Source of the DNA: Lama glama | Lineage: Eukaryota | Assembly: GCA_028534125.1 (NCBI GenBank) | Contig: CM052817.1 | Span: forward strand, 69,566,001 to 69,630,000 | Length of the DNA: 64,000 bases | Direction: 5' to 3' | In this document: piece by piece, positions 24,687 through 38,299 of the stretch | Numbering within the stretch: the stretch's first letter is position 1 | How the letters are laid out: every line of letters begins with the position of its first letter | Made by a program: the position numbers and the translations under genes | Notes under the pieces: model-generated | What the model saw: the letters and a program-made list of their open reading frames with translations, nothing else | What the model was told of the DNA's origin: nothing | The model's database searches: none

Positions 24687-25629
24687 ACATAGTCTCATCT
24701 GATCTACAAACCATCAAAAATGAGAGAATTTATTCAACTGAAGTGCATTCATCAATTTTATATGTAAAACAAAGTAACTATTAATCTTCCAATAGGCCTT
24801 TCACTGAGATAGGTACCAGTCAAAATTTTCAGAATATTTAGTTTGAAATAAAAGTGCTATTAAGATCTCCAAGTGTAAAGGGAAAGCAAGCAAATATTTC
24901 ATTTTCCTGTGCATGATATGAAATAACTCCCTTTCAAGGGCTATATTTCAGTTAAAGACAAATAGCGCTGATCATGGTAAAGTTATAGAATATGTAAAGG
25001 ACGTCCAGTCTTTCTTGACTTTCTCTAAATCAGTTCAGATGCTACCTTCCCACCCCACTCTGCCCTAGCCCCATTCCCTAAGATAATCTTCAGTAAAGGA
25101 CCAGGCAGAATTTGAATTTTGCTCTCACTCTGTATCTCATTCACATCAACGTGTTACCTAAACTATATTTAAGCTCTTATTTTTGTGCAACTATACACTT
25201 CCTCCCAGCATACCTAAAAATGGAATATGAGTTTGGCATCAAAATTTATAGGGGATTGTGAGAGTGGGACTCAGTTCATGCCTCTCAAGTCAGGTCTTTC
25301 TAGGGGAGGTGTGGAAACGCCTGGAGAAGTGAGAGCTGAAGTAATGTTCTGAGCTTTTCCAGAATTAAGAAGGGCTGGCTGCAGCTGGCTGCTCCCCAGT
25401 GGTCCTGTACCAACTGAGGACAAAGAACATGGAAGACCATGGGCCTCTCTTTTAATTTACCCAAGAACATTCCCCTTTGGCAATGAGATCACTCCAAGAC
25501 TAATCAGGGATAAATAGTGAGGGCTACTAAACACTGAAAAAGGAATACAGGAAGTCTCAACTCAGGCCATAAATGAGATAGGCAGGGTCTCAGGGACCTT
25601 CCAGGCTGGTGAGTTAGGTAGCATCTAGG

Positions 25630-25785
25630 GTTGAGTATTTACCCTGGACTAACTGCTTTACATGCATACCTAGTTTAATCCTCCCCACAATGCTGGGTGG
25701 CAAGTATTATTTTCATTTTGAAGATGAGGAGATTGACCCTCAGAAAGGTTAAGTGACTCATCCAAGGTCACTCAATCAGTAAGTG
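25630..25785 (-). mobile_element. MIR
   Basis: 'tttaatcctc..cattttgaagatgaggagattga..ctcagaaaggttaagtgact..ccaaggtcac'. Confidence 0.8.
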
Positions 25786-26208
25786 TTCATGCAGCTTTAC
25801 GTACATTTAAAAATTTAGAATTAACTTAAATGTAACTTACAAATTTTATCTTAAGTATCTAAATCATGGCCAAGGCCAATCTTCAAAAAATTTGGTATGT
25901 ACATTGTTTCACCTGACTTTTTCAGTTACTTCAACTTTAAAATATAAGAAAGATTAAAAATGCAATGTACTCATTTCCATTTTATAATGTAAGATATTAA
26001 AGAAAAGCAATAGGAATTTAGAAATTTGTAATATTACAAATGGTAGGGGAAAGGTGGTTATTGATTACTGAATCTGTGGTTATGTCCAAAATAAAACTTA
26101 ATTTTTTTTTCTTGCTGTGGCATATGCAGTTACTCTCTGATCTCCTAAACACATCAAAGGGATTCTCTTTTAAGGTAAAGTTAATTCTTTTAAAATTTGC
26201 ATATTACA

Positions 26209-26324
26209 GGGTGGAGGGTAATAGCTCAGTGGTAGAGCACATGCTTAGCATGCACAAGGTCCTGGACACAATACCCACTAACTCCATTAAAAAAAATAAG
26301 TTAAAAAATAATAAATAAAATATT
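26209..26324 (+). mobile_element. Vic-1-like camelid tRNA-Ala-derived SINE
   Basis: Head ggtggagggtaatagctcagtggtagagcacatgcttagcatgcacaaggtcctgg, A-rich tail, 13-bp TSD TTTGCATATTACA (26196-26208 / 26325-26337). Confidence 0.9.
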
Positions 26325-28344
26325 TTTGCATATTACATTCTAAATATTAAAGCTATAAACCAGAAACACACTTGGATATCCCAAGTGGATGGAGTCCCAA
26401 AAAAGTGATAATACAATTTAATTTGAACAGTAATATATCAAGCATGCATCAGATTTTTATCCTTATATGTTATAAACTTGTTTACCAGGCATATGCTATA
26501 AAACATACATCGCTACATGCCTATGGAGAAAAGAAATACATTGAGAAGTATGATTTGTCCAAAACAGTTTAGAAAAAATATGTGCATACATGACATTTCT
26601 GACAGGGCAGTTTTGACACAGCTGTGCACTGATGCAGCTGTTTTCAGGCAGGGGGTTTTTAAACACAGCCCCCAAATAAACCATTAAACTTTCAGCTGTT
26701 TCTATTAACAAGTAATGTGTGAAACAGGAATATTCTTCCCATTCTAAAATCTCTCCACAGCCTTGAACCTCACCCTGTTGTAGACACCCACCCCTAGGGC
26801 AACAAGCAAGGATTAAGTTGGGGTCTGGAATAAGGTGGGGTCAGAGATGGGTTGAGGATGAGGGATGGGGTGAGGTTAGGCATCGTTCAGCAGACGAACT
26901 ATATGTGACCAGAAGTTATACGTTTACCATACTTACTCATCTCAGAGATGGCCATCCATCATCATTCTCAGCAAAGTGCTTGCTTATTCTCTAAGAATTC
27001 ATTTATATTTTAAACAGTCTGCTAAATTTACAATGGGCATACTCTTTTACATTCATGAATAAACAGAACTGTCTATGTAAAATATGCTACTTCATCTGTT
27101 TTAAATTTGACCATCTAGAGAACTTAATTGTGGATATCCCTGAGTATGGAGGTTTCCTAACTATGTAAACTTGATTTAATTGGACATATTAGCACGCTGA
27201 AACGGGAGGATATTTGAATCACAATATGATTCTGACACAGGAAATGTAATCTGTTTTCTAGCAATTCTCTCAAATCTCATGTTTTTCTATTTACACAAGT
27301 AATGCATGAAAAATTTCCAGGATTAGATAAAAAGAAAATAAGCAAGGTATCAGGGATGGTAGGGAGTATCTGCTGCATCCATTACACTGAAACAAGTGAT
27401 CTAACCTTTTAAAAGAGAAAGGTTACTACCACCATGTCAAAATGGATCAATCCAAGGGATGATTTGATATCCCATATTTTGGAGAGGCTGCATCAACATG
27501 TCTGATTTGGAAAAATGCCTATGTATGGTCACACCTAAATCCTCTTCTCTAAAATAGTGAAGACATTCTCTCTTATATCCCCTTTTGCATTTTTTATTCA
27601 ATTGCTTTACTGAAGCAATTGCATAAAATAATAAATTAAGACACTGCTCCAAGAAAAGCTCTGATGATGACTGATTAGCTATCCTACCACAGAGAAATAT
27701 ATACATACAAGTTGCCCATTGCATTACAAAAGGAACTACTTATTAAGTTAGGATTAGATATTCAGTATTACTTATTAAGGAGATAGTCCTAATTTGGTTA
27801 ACTGCCTAATCAAAAACACTGTTAGTGTGGGTGTGGGTTCCTACAATAAAATCTATCTTTGAGCTACTGTGGAATCCAATAAGTATATCCATTGTTCAAT
27901 GTGAAAACGATTTCTTCTGAATGAAAAATTTGGTGCTTTACCTTTAGGGAGTTCTTTGTGTATCATGTGGTTTCAATTTCTTCTTGGGCTTCATTCCCCA
28001 GTGGTGTGTATATGTGCTTGTACTTGGGTAAAACACATACACAACTAAACTAAACATATCACTGAGGATTCACATATGTATGAATATACATGTATATTAT
28101 TTCAAAGTAAAATTGTTATGTTAAAGTACATACACACAGAAATCGGAGGAAACTGAAACCTGGTGAGATAATGTACAAAGTTATAAAATCAGATTTCAGA
28201 TTATAAATCCCATGTATTAGGTCTAAAGTAGCCACTAAAAAACAATATGAAAATTAGAAAATCAAGGGAATGGTGAATCTACATAAAAGTAATACAAAGC
28301 ATTGTCATTTCACATGGAGCTGCTTAGCACATAAATGTATTACT

Positions 28345-29060
28345 TTATATTTTTGAGCTCTTCTTAAATGCCAGTCACTGTTCTGGTCATTAGGGATACA
28401 GTGATGCACACAAGATGGACCAAGTCCCTGCTTTCAAGAAGCTAATAGTCCAAGCAGGGTAGACAGATGACACGGGTAAACAAGAAATTATATAATTTCA
28501 GATCATGATAATTTAAAGCAGAGTGGGAGAATTCAAAATAACTCTGGGGTGGGAAGGAAAGTAATGATCTTTGAGCAGAGACATGAATGTAAAGAGTTAA
28601 CCATGCAGATGTATGAGGGGAAAGTGTACCAGGTGGAGGGAAAAGCAAATACAGAGGATTTAAGGAAGGAAAAGCATGATGTTCAAGACTCATCAAGACC
28701 AGTTGATGAGTTGGAGGAAAGTGATGAGAGGAGAATCAGGGAGGATCTGGATGGTGTCCTCTCAGAAAGAAGAGGAGGAGCGGCCAGGAAGGTAGGAGAG
28801 TGTGGCATCATGAAATAGTCAAAAAAAGAATCAGTTTCCAGAAGGAAGAACCAATAAACTGTGTCAAAGGATACTGAGAGACCTAGTAAAATGAGGACTG
28901 AGAATTAACTATGAGTTTTGGGCACGCTGGAGCTGTTTCAGTGGAGGAGTAGAGATCCTTTCCAGGAGTTTTTCCAGCAGAGAAATGGAGTATTGGCTGC
29001 AGGGAAACATGGGATCAAGAGAAGTGTTTTTCTAAGATGAGAGATATTAAAAATGTAGTA
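28345..29060 (-). mobile_element. L2
   Basis: 'tgccagtcactgttctgg..tagggatacagtg..aagtccctgctttcaagaagct..atactgagagacctagtaaaatgaggactgagaatt'. Confidence 0.75.
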
Positions 29061-29362
29061 AATGGCCAATGCAAGTTTGGCAACAATGACAAAGATAAAT
29101 CTTGCACTGTTTATTGCCGTGCATTAATGTGCAAATATCATATACACACATGCACATGCACACACTCAAATTCCCAAACACTGACTTGTTTAGCAATGCT
29201 AAGTCAGATCTTCAACTTTCTATCAATATTTGCCTTTACCCTATACCTTAACCTATACAGTTAATTTGCTTCCCCGGGATATTAAATGCATGAACAATAC
29301 AAAGTATTATAAAAATCTTCAAAAATGCTATCATGAGGAACACAACAAAGTAAGGTAAAAAT

Positions 29363-29581
29363 TACAGAAAGCAGTACGGTGTTTCCTTAAAAAAACTAAA
29401 AACAGAGTTACCTTATGATCCAGCAATCCCACTTCTGGGTATATATCCAGAAAAGATGAAAACTCTAATTCAAAAAGATACATGCACCCAATGCTTATAA
29501 CAGCACTATTCACAATAGACAAGACATGGAAGAAACCTAAATGTCCATGAACAGATAACTGGATAAAGAAGATGTGGTATA

Positions 29582-29630
<49 letters not shown>

Positions 29631-30057
29631 ACACTGGAATATTACTCAGCTATAAAAAAGAATGAAATAATGCTATTTGCAGCAACATGGATGGACCTAG
29701 AGATTATCATACGAAGTGAAGTAAGTCAAAGACAAATATCATATGATATCACTTGTAAGTGGGATCTAAAAAAATGGCACAAATGAGCTTATTTACAAAA
29801 CAGAAACGGCTTCATAGACATAGAGAACTTATGGTTAGTAGGGGGAAGTGGGAGGGATATATTAAACATTTGAGATTAACAATATGTAAACTACTATAAA
29901 TAAAATAGATAAACAACCAGGGCTTACTGTAAATATCTTGTAATAGCCTATAAAGGAAAGATTCTGAAAAAAGAATAGATACATAAATATATGTATAACT
30001 GAATCACTTTGCTGAACACCTGAAACATTGTAAATCAACTATACTTCAATTTAAAAA
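29363..30057 (+). mobile_element. 5'-truncated L1 3' end containing (CA)n at 29581-29633
   Basis: 'tatgatccagcaatcccacttctggg..gcagcaacatggatggacctagagatt..acattgtaaatcaactatacttcaatttaaaaa'. Confidence 0.95.
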
Positions 30058-30249
30058 TTTTGTAATTATAATTTCAGTTATAAAATGTATTTTATTATTC
30101 ACTTTACAATTTGAGATTCTATCAGAGTATAATCAATGTTGATATAACTCTTTGAGCACTACTTTGGAGGAGCTAATGTGTCTCCTCTAAATATATACAA
30201 ATAGGTTTTGAAGAACATTGGCAAACTACATAAATCAGCACATAGATAA

Positions 30250-30425
30250 GAATAACTGGATTTGTGGAAAGAGTACGAGTACGTTAACTTTGGCTCCCAT
30301 AGCCTCAGTTCCCTCATTTGTGAAGTGGAGATAATTATATCCAGCTTACAGCAATACTATAAAAAAAATAAATCATCAAAAAATGTAGACAGAGTACCTG
30401 GCATACAGACAATGTGCTCAATATA
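30250..30425 (+). mobile_element. MIR
   Basis: 'gcctcagttccctcatttgtgaagtggagataat..gtacctggcatacag..tgctcaatat'. Confidence 0.7.
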
Positions 30426-30740
30426 TGATAGCATTGATCTTTAATAGCAACTCAGGTATGTTTTGATTTATATTAACTACAGTTTTTCTACTCTCCCTCA
30501 ATATTCTTTCATTGCATAGAAGTACAATGATACAAGGTACTCAACCTTTAGGAACTAGTTGCCCATAATCAGTTGGAGCTGAGAGATCATAAGAAAGCTA
30601 TTATCTCTTGAGTGAAAACTAATTATTCGCTCAAAAAGGCAGAAAAATAATATGCATATTAAGCTGAAATTAGAATGAAAATCTGTTTGGGAAGTGTGTA
30701 GGGTATTTATCCTTTAAAAGGCCTGAAAGGCTCTCAAAAG

Positions 30741-30955
30741 GTAGTTTTTAAGCTGATTCCCAGACCTTTGAGAACCAAGGTGTCTCAAAGGCCACAATGG
30801 GGGGGCAGGACTGGAGAAATGATGTTTGGTGATGGATGGGGATTCACTCTGCTTGGATCAGAGCAGATCCACCTTCATCTGTGTATACACTGGACTCTAT
30901 ATTAGATTTCATTTGAAGAAATGCTCTTAAGCTAAAAGAAAATTTGAAATCCTTG
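30741..30955. mobile_element. MER103-like hAT-Charlie element
   Basis: 'tagatttcatttgaagaaatgctc..gctaaaagaaaatttgaaatcc' resembles the recalled MER103 end. Confidence 0.5.
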
Positions 30956-32059
30956 TCCTAAATGAAGAGTCAGAGGCAACAGTGATTGTCTCACTACTCA
31001 TTCACTCAAGTCCTTTTCACTATAATTCTACGAGCCACCAAATTTAATTTAAATAATCACTAACACCAGACAGAAAATTAAATTAAAAACATAATGCAAA
31101 ATCCAAGTTAGAAGTGGGTTTAAAATTAATTGAGTAGCATTGAGAGTTGACAGATATTTCAAATTGTTTATTCATGACACAACACATGATTGACAATGCA
31201 AGTGAGAACTTGCTTCATTTTACTCCTTGTACACTGTCCCATACAGTAATAGGACTGTCTCCTTTTCAAGAGTCCCCAGTACAATGGTGAGTTGGAAAAT
31301 TAACTTTTAACTTCTTCTTTTCAAATGCTCATAAGTCATTTGACCCTTGAGGAAGAAATTCTCACACACTGTCTCAGGGTGAGGGCCATGTGATTCCTAT
31401 CGTCTTAATGGAAATCACACTTCTCAAACCCTACAGAAGTCTTCAGCAATTTAGATATTCACATTTCCACAGCCAAAGCTGTTGCTTTTAATTTCCTCTG
31501 TGTTTTACCTTACTCCATTAAAAATGTTGTAAGTTATTTATGATGCGTATCCATGAACAAGATACTGCATACAGCTCCCTTTCCTCCTCCCGCTGTGTCT
31601 GTCCACATTATAGGTTCTTCACTCTAATAATCTACTTGGTACAAGAAACATGTCCTAGTAAACTCATGTATAATAGGCATAGTCCTACTAATTGTGAACG
31701 CATATGATTTGTTATGTCCAAAACTTGTAAAATGTGAAAGCCCTTTTAACTTAAAAAATATCCATGAATTTCCACTTACGAGTCATTGCACTTTTGGTAT
31801 CTGAACATTAAAAAAACACATAATGGCAAGAAGACACTGTGGATTATAAGGTCTTATTATTGTATCTATGCTTTCTTAATTACTAGAGTAGGTTTATATG
31901 TGTTAAAATCACAGTGTATGTCTGAAAATGGTACATTTGTGTATGAAATATATTATACATTTAATTTACAGACAAGCCTAGCACAGCCACGGATTTGTAG
32001 AGCCTTCACTAGCTCTGGGCCCTCCAGAAATCCTCTCCCTGTATGTTACAAGTCCTGAT

Positions 32060-32660
32060 AGAGGAGAAAGGACACAGTCTCTGGAGTCAGAAAAAAGTGG
32101 TTTAAATCACAGGTCTGCCTCTTACTATCTACATGAACTTGTCCTAATTATCCCCAGCTTCCTTATCTGATAAAGTCTACAATCCAGGCTGTGTGCATTA
32201 GAATATATGCAGTGCTTGACATATAACAATAATAATGCCTAATATTTATTACATGTTTACTGTGCACTATAAATTGGGTTTACCCTGTTTGTGTATCTGT
32301 ACATTTTAAGACATAAACTTGTAAACAACAATCCCATGAAGTATATTATAGTGGTCAAGAGAATCCATATCAGAGTTCAAGCACATGTGTTCAAATCTAG
32401 GCTCTGGGCTCTAATAGCTATTGCAGCATGACCTAGGACAAGTTATTTAACTTATCCACTATTTTCTTCTTCACCTATAAAAGAGAATAACAATAATCCT
32501 TACTTTACATAATAATAGTTGGCAAGTGCTTAACATAATGCCTAGAACAGAGTAAGAGTACGTAAGTATCAGATATTATTTTATAGATGATGAATTGGAT
32601 TTGACAAATTAACTTGCCCAAGGTCACAGATGCTGAAAAGCAGAACTAGGGCTCTAATCA
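32060..32660. mobile_element. Cluster of MIR fragments in both orientations
   Basis: 'ctctggagtcag..tttaaatcacaggtctgcc'; 'ttcaaatctaggctct..tgacctaggacaagttatttaac'; 'taacttgcccaaggtcacag'. Confidence 0.7.
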
Positions 32661-35600
32661 GATTTATCTCTCTAATGCACATCATATAGATATCAGTTCT
32701 TTCAGACAGATAGTTGCTCCTCCTCCCATTATCCTATTAGGTTCAACCCTTCTGGGAAATTGCAAGGAAAAGGCAACACAGTCTAGCTCTAATGGCTCCA
32801 ATCACATACCAATCACAGGCCACCAGGAGAATGAACTCCATTTTCCCGTGTGACGCCCCTTCCAGGGAACAATGAAGACAGCTAGACCATGAAAGGCAAC
32901 ACGGACTTGCAAACGCTTGATTTATTGTATGGGTTGCAACTTGGCAGTGGGTGAAACAAGGAACAGGCAGAGTATCCAGAAGTACTTGAGCACACAGATC
33001 CCATCAATCCTTGAACACACAATCCAGGTCTATCCACTATCATTCTTCATTTTCCTCTGCTACATAAAAAATCTGAGTTTATTCTGCCAAATTTTTCTCA
33101 AGATGGAGCTAACCTAGTCAAGTCTTCACATCTTTCCTAAATATTAACCTATTAATTTATATAAAACTTGTCTCTTCATAATATGATTAACATAAGGAAA
33201 ATGCCCTCTTACCAAGCCAACTCAGAGTGGTACAGGCAGAGTTAAGTCTTGTACCTGTGCCTGTACCTGTACCCAACTTGTCTGAACCCCAAGTAAGCAC
33301 TCACCTTGTTCCCAGGACACAAGTATCCAGAAACAGGGCAGAACCCTTCTTCTATAGCTCATTGACTGGATTTATCTTATTGCTAAAGATACTTCCACTC
33401 AAAACCCCAAGCCCAATATTGGTTTTTATTAATTCAACATGAACTAGATTAAGAACTCAGCTCCCAATGTCTTTCATAAGACCTTATACCACATCCTAGT
33501 GTGACTTATAGTCCTTAAATTATATTTCTATGTTAATACGTCCCAGTTGTATCAGCTAGTCTTGATACAATCTCTCCTCTCCTCCAATACAATGGTTTTC
33601 ACTTCTCACCTATACTTAATGGGACTTTCTATTTGAACTTGACATCAAAAGTATCTGAAAATTCCAAGGCACAAATTATAGCAGGCTCCAAGGACTGGGA
33701 GTTCAATGAAGTTCTCAGTGTCAATAAACTTTTAAACATCTGTATAATGTAAGAACTAATCCTTGATCATATGACCTCAAAGACCTTCACAATCTCTTTC
33801 TTTCTGCACACCCCTAACAGTTACTTAAAATTTCTTTAAGATATTCCCTCTCAAAATTATTCACAGATTCAGATTTGAGGGTTGGCCTCAAGCTTACACA
33901 TAATCCCAGAGCCCTCATTTTTACCAATACTTTAATAGACCATGCTTTCTGATCATACCACAAACCTTCCACTAAGTCCCCCCATTGGACATAATTGTCA
34001 CTTAAGGACTAGCAAAGTAGATTGGCATGTCCTCGGCAAATAACATGATAAACACTGAACTAAAAGCTAGGTCTCCATTACTATTGAGATTGTCAATATA
34101 GTCTTTTTAAAAATTATAATTAAAATTTCCATTAGAAACACAGAAAGCCCTCTTTGCTAAACTGAAAACGCCAAAACTAGTACAAAGAGAAGATTCCAAG
34201 TTTTTGAAAGGTCATTATGAACAACAGAATTTTTTTAACTATTTAAAAAAAAATTGGCACTACCTCTTGAAATAAGTTGAAAGACAAAATAAGCTAAAAT
34301 GTGAAGCCTATAACCAGGGTGCCCAGTCTGCCGGTTCCTTGCCAAAATAGTCCCAGAATCACAACTCTGTTGCTTTACTCTCGCCTTTCATGTTTGAAGA
34401 ATTTTCCTTCCATCAAATCATTACAGCGTGGGACTCCACAGTATTCTGAAGGCAAGCTTGGAACTTGAGACAACTAATGACAGGGCGGTTTCCCACAGGC
34501 AGACCTTCAGGAAGAGGTGGACAGATGAGCCCAATTTAGGGCTCTCTTTTCAAGGAGACTCAGGAGCCAAAAAATGAACTAAAAGGCAACAAAAAGCTCA
34601 ATCTGGAAGACACCCAGGCAAACTGGAAACATGTATTGAAGGTGCATCACTTCTTTTTATTGTAACTCCAATAAACTCTCTCAACTTCCAGCTTAATTAC
34701 ACAGTGACTAAATTTAACCACTAATTCAACCAAATGGTTGACAATTAAGCCATTCACTACTATTATTAATTATATAATAATAATCACAGAAGAGTTTAAA
34801 AGTTACCTCCATCCAGCTGGAGCCCAAAGGGCCAAGAAGCCTTTCATGGGCATCTGTAAGGAAACTAGGGGAAAGGATTTCTTTGTAACCTTGTAAGGAA
34901 TCAGGTTTCCAGGCAGCTCACTTTATAAACACACACTAAGTCAATCAGCTGACCTGCCAGTCTCACTGACACGGTTTCCTGAAGGGTAAGGAAATATAGT
35001 ACAAGAAATAAGAATTTATCTCATAAGCTGTACCCAGCATCACTGAGGAAACAGGAGCAGGTAACAGTGGCCTAAAGGCAGCTGGTGATTATGAGCAAAA
35101 TGGCTTACTGGCAAGTTCCTTTCTGAACAAAATCTTGTTTCTCTTTTTAAAGTACTGAACAATCAGCCCCATTCCCCTCAGCTATACATTTTCTCAAGTC
35201 ATCAGCTCTCCTATTCTACCAAATAATAATCACTATTATATATTGAGCAGCAGGCTAAACACTGTATTGTCTCATTTAAAATCTCATAGCACTCCTCAGA
35301 AAAAAAAAAATTTCCCCTTCTTTTCATAAATGAAGGACACGGAAACTGAGTTTTAAAGAGCTTAAGTACTCACCCAAGTTTGCACAAATTGCAACGGTGA
35401 GATTTACATCCAGGTATTACTGGTTCCAAAGCCGCCTCTACCCACATTTAGGTCTAATATAAGGAATGAATATCTAGTAAAACCTTACAACATTGTACCT
35501 TCATTTTTTATAGTTTCTTCTCATTTTAACATTCTATCATGGGGGGGGGGGAATGTGTTAGCCAGAAAGTGGCATTGTTTAAAGTGCTCAGAATACAGCA

Positions 35601-35768
35601 ACACAAATTAGCATCCAGAAACCATGAGCTTAGGGTCCTAATTTGACACAGAAGCTTGTAGTTACTGACTTCTTGACCAAAAAATCTTGAAGGATGTTTC
35701 TGGTTTTAAGGAAAGAGATATCGTTCCAAGGGGCTGAGTTTCAAAGGCAGTGGAAAGATTATCTATAT

Positions 35769-36236
35769 TGTTGGGCTATAGATAAGCCACCCAAGCCTGC
35801 AAAGCCAGCTTCAAGATCGAAGAATAGAGTCAGCAACAAAGACATCAATGGTTTAACGCACAGAGGGGTCTTAAATGTCTGAAGCAAAGTCCTGGAGCAG
35901 CACCCTACCATGTACAGTAGACACGCAGGCAAGACATGGTGGCAGGCTTCACTCCCAGTGGGGGCAAAGGGAAGTTACCAATTATAGGGGAACTTGACAT
36001 TAGCCTGGTTCTTCTGTTGGTTACCAGAGAAATCAGCAGAGTGGCATGCCCCTCAAGGCCCCTTTGATATGCTATCATAGTGGAGATGTTCTGATCTAAG
36101 GCTGGAAAAATCATTAGCTGGGGCAAATATGTAGAAAGGTCAGTCATATGAGTAGGTGTAGGTGAAGTAGGCACTGGTCAAGTAGACTATGTACAGAGAG
36201 CAAGAGAACAGCCACCTTCAGAGGTCTGACCATACA
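35769..36236 (-). mobile_element. Solo ERV LTR (468 bp), family not assigned
   Basis: TG...CA termini (minus strand TGTATGGTCAGACC ... ATAGCCCAACA); 5-bp flanks TATAT/TGTAT; more GC-rich than its flanks. Confidence 0.7.
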
Positions 36237-36490
36237 TGTATCCCAGAAAAAAGGAAGGAAGGAGGAAAACTAACAACAAAAACTTTCTCCTCATAATAAC
36301 TAAAATATCTTTAATCCTTTAATTCTTTAATATAGCTACAAAACAAGTTTTATATATATATATATAGATAGATATATATATAATCATTTAAATGATATAT
36401 ATAATCATTCAAACTAAGATGTGAATGACAGAGCTTATAATTTCCTGAAAACATGTCCTTGAGATGGAAAAGTAAACCAGGACCTTAGAA

Positions 36491-36672
36491 CAGGGTTCTC
36501 AAACTTGAGTGTCTATCAGAATTACCTGAAGAACTTGTTAAACAGACTGCTGGGCTCTGCCCCCATTACTGATTCAGTACATCAGCTATGAGGCTAAAGA
36601 ATTTACATTTCCAGAAAGTTCCATGATGTTGCTAATGTTGCTGGCCTCAAAACTACCCTTTCAAAACTGCTG
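36491..36672. mobile_element. MER5A
   Basis: cagggttctcaaactt..atcagaattacctg..ctgattcagta..aaaactgctg; 8-bp TSD CCTTAGAA/CTCTAGAA. Confidence 0.9.
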
Positions 36673-38051
36673 CTCTAGAACAACTGAGGCAAACTGAAGC
36701 AGAAGTTCTTAACAGAAGCTGCTCAAATAGTAGCTACATAGTTTTAAAATAGTAATTTGAAAAATACTACCTCCTCATCTCAAAACACTTCATGCTTCAC
36801 CAGGAGTTAAAGGGAGATAGGAGATGGCTCATTTAGTCAAGAATGGAAATGAATTAAAATTCAGAAGCTTGGATTTCTGTGGCTTGAGTATGTTTTTGGT
36901 TGTGCTGTGTTTACTCTTGGAAAAATGTGGCATCCCGCTTTTATTCTCAAAGGGCTTTAAATGCTTATTAAAAATGTTCTTTGAAATCAAATAGCTCTTT
37001 AAAGGCTGTATTTTGATGACTTGATTGTAAATGAATGAAAAGCATATGGATTAAGTCACACATGGTTTTAAGGAACTACAGGCAAAAGTGTCTAATGAGA
37101 CACATTGAAAGTTTACCAAATTGAAACATTGGAAAGAAAAAGTCACCAGATAGAGAAAAACAAGCTAACTTTACTCTAGCTGGCTTGCTAACTTACCTAT
37201 ATGTAAATATCTACATGTTAAGAATGTGAACATCACCTTTAGGTATCTGCACTTATCATTTCTGCCAGGGGTCTAATATAATCCCTTACTGCATTCCAGC
37301 TTAAGCTAACAACCCAAATGCATAATTATTAAAAAAAATATTCTGAAATAGGAGTTTCAGATAAATAATTAATAAGATAAATAATATTTGCCTTCTGCCC
37401 CTGGCTGAGCTTCAGCACCTAAGGTAACTATTGCATTATCATTAGTCAGTTATCCACATGTACAAAACATACGTGGTAAAGAATATTTTTAGATCTTAAC
37501 TAATATTTTTCTTAGAGATTTACTTTTTTCCCTCCCAAAGCACATTTTAGAACAATGCTTTCCTGTGTTTGTTGCAGAGGAAAGGGAAAAAACAGAGTAG
37601 AAGGGATTCAAACAGAGGATCTACTTGGCTTTGTGTTTCAAAAACAATGAATGCACGAGAATCCAGAGAAAAGAAAAATGGGTTGAGGGTTGGAGTTTGA
37701 ATCTGTGGGTTTCTACAGCTCTGAGTAAGGAAACGGAAGATATGTAAATAGTGAGGAGAGTGATCAGGCTAAGAGGCTGGACCTAAAAGACCCAGAGACA
37801 GAAATGCAGGACCCACTATGAAAGCAGAGTCAGCATCTGGGCTGCATTTGAGTGAATACTAAACATGACCTCTGCTCCATAACCACATCATCATTCCTTC
37901 CCACATGGCAGTTGGAGCCCTCTTGGGGTGGTGTTCTTATACTACTGATTTATTCCTTCTGCTTATTTTTCATGGTCAGTCTTTCCAGGAACCTGTCTGT
38001 GTTATGAAAGTTATTATGTTATTAAAGCTTTCAAAGAGTCAGATTTCAGGG

Positions 38052-38232
38052 TTTTTTTTATATTTTTTTATTGAGTTATAGTCAGTTTACAATGTTGTGT
38101 CAATTTCCAGCATAGAGCACAATTTTTCAGTTATACATGAACATACATATATTCATTGTCACATTCTTTTTCACTGTGAGCTACCACAAGATCTTGTATA
38201 TATTTCCCTGTGCTATACAGTATAATCCTGTT
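38052..38232 (-). mobile_element. Short camelid-type L1 3' end
   Basis: T-rich tail then 'attgagttatagtcagtttacaatgttgtgtcaatttcc..ttccctgtgctatacag'. Confidence 0.9.
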
Positions 38233-38299
38233 TTGATAATCATCTCTGTTGGTTTTTGTTTGCTTGCTTTTAATGTCATATTTGTTATTTCCTTTCTTG

